A DNA stretch of 64,000 nt from Schmidtea nova (taxonomy: Eukaryota), in the NCBI GenBank assembly GCA_044892505.1, contig CM097882.1, forward strand, positions 51,584,001 through 51,648,000, read 5' to 3'. The notes under the pieces were generated by a model that had not been told where the DNA came from, did no database searches, and was given only the letters and a program-made list of their open reading frames with translations. A program made the translations under genes and the position numbers. Shown here piece after piece: positions 62,423 to 64,000 of the stretch; position 1 is the stretch's first letter, and each line of letters begins with the position of its first letter.

Positions 62423-62832
62423 TAGGGCAGGCTCAGATGTCGGGACTTCGGGGATCTTTCCCGAGGCCCGGCGCTTTCATATTCTAACAATTATTATTAA
62501 CTAAGCAAATTTTTGACACCGAACGCAACGTTTGTTACAAGTCGGATGTTAACTCAGGTCTTTCCCTGCATTTTTAATATCGATGAATTGTAATATCTTG
62601 ACTATAATACGCACTTTTTTCACATTTTAGTCAGCAAAAATAAGAGTGTATTAAATTCGTATACACGTATACTCGTAAAAAAAATATTATGTTTATGTAT
62701 ATATATTATTGTATATTTTGAAGAAATAAATATTTCATTAAATGAATTGATAGAATTATGTTCATCTGAAATTTATTCTTTTTTGGCATTTAATATTTTC
62801 TCGAGGCCCCGCAAAATCCACAGTCGGTCCTG
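62423..62832. mobile_element. hAT MITE
   Basis: Ends TAGGGCAGGCTC and rc CAGGACCGACTG; 8-bp TSD ATTTCACA/ACTTCACA. Confidence 0.75.
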
Positions 62833-63340
62833 ACTTCACATACTAATTCCCTTCTCCTCTAACAAATTCAAGAAAATAATTACATAATTATTGACATAAT
62901 GACATATTATATTTTGATTTTATATNNNNNNNNNNNNNNNNNNNNNNNNNNNNNNNNNNNNNNNNNNNNNNNNNNNNNNNNNNNNNNNNNNNNNNNNNNN
63001 NNNNNNNNNNNNNNNNNNNNNNNNNNNNNNNNNNNNNNNNNNNNNNNNNNNNNNNNNNNNNNNNNNNNNNNNNNNNNNNNNNNNNNNNNNNNNNNNNNNN
63101 NNNNNNNNNNNNNNNNNNNNNNNNNNNNNNNNNNNNNNNNNNNNNNNNNNNNNNNNNNNNNNNNNNNNNNNNNNNNNNNNNNNNNNNNNNNNNNNNNNNN
63201 NNNNNNNNNNNNNNNNNNNNNNNNNNNNNNNNNNNNNNNNNNNNNNNNNNNNNNNNNNNNNNNNNNNNNNNNNNNNNNNNNNNNNNNNNNNNNNNNNNNN
63301 NNNNNNNNNNNNNNNNNNNNNNCATTTTGTAGTGCCTTCG

Positions 63341-63377
<37 letters not shown>

Positions 63378-64000
63378 CATAATTATCTTTTTTCACCTTT
63401 GATCTTTTTTTATTATTATTATCAATAATTCTCATAATGATGACTATAGATCAAAATTTTTTTTTATTTTTTAAACAATACCAATATATATTATTTACAT
63501 TTTAAATTATTGTTATATATTATATAAGAATATATATTATTAAATTAAATATAGTTTATTTGCAAATTGGATTTATCGTTGTTTTAATGTTGAAAAAAAT
63601 GGCAAGCAAACAAATTCAAATGCAAAGATCACAGTTTCATTAAATAAAAAGCACCAAGCAAGCTCAAACGCAAATATGACAGATTTATTAAATATGAAGA
63701 AGGAAACAAATTAAAACTCAACTCGCCGACATTTTCAATGATGAAGTTTCAGGCATTTGAATAACCGATCTTTCTGAAATAAGCGAATTGTATGAAATTT
63801 GACTCATAGTAACCGCACTGAAAGAGCTATAATGAGAAGGTAGATGATCTCTAAGAATATTAGTGGTTTGACTATTTGATGAAACTGGATTAGTTACTTT
63901 AGGGGCTAAAGAAATTTTTGTTTGAAATCCCAATGGAGCTGAATTAGTTATTTTTTCCGTTCCAACTGGTAAAGGAGGATTTGGTTGAAGGACTAATTGC

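Noticed and set aside
63880-64000. TGKGGFG as a dUTPase motif V
   Set aside because: No other dUTPase motifs in order, and stops surround it.

Overview
Very AT-rich animal genomic DNA with four assembly gaps. The composition and repeat content resemble a flatworm such as a planarian, but the taxon cannot be fixed from the sequence. Only one host exon is recognisable: the first coding exon (N-terminus to TM3/DRF) of a neuropeptide Y/F-type GPCR at 61014-61481 on the minus strand. The rest is a nested transposon field. LTR elements include a full-length but frameshifted Ty3/gypsy with 284-bp LTRs, CATTA TSD and a canonical -1 frameshift signal, two ~2-kb gypsy deletion derivatives, a 636-bp TRIM-like element, a family of ~0.8-kb solo LTRs and a ~7-kb pol-less LTR element with three CCHC clusters. 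DNA transposons include hAT (one nearly intact), Tigger/pogo, mariner, MULE, piggyBac and Harbinger elements. A Penelope GIY-YIG remnant is also present. The least explained items are an intronless ankyrin-repeat ORF inserted into a gypsy RNase H, two families of long DNA hairpins sharing an apex motif, and a hAT junction with a hairpin-opening (P-nucleotide-like) footprint. No rRNA, tRNA or CRISPR was seen. All coordinates were counted by eye and may be off by a few bases, especially for degenerate remnants.
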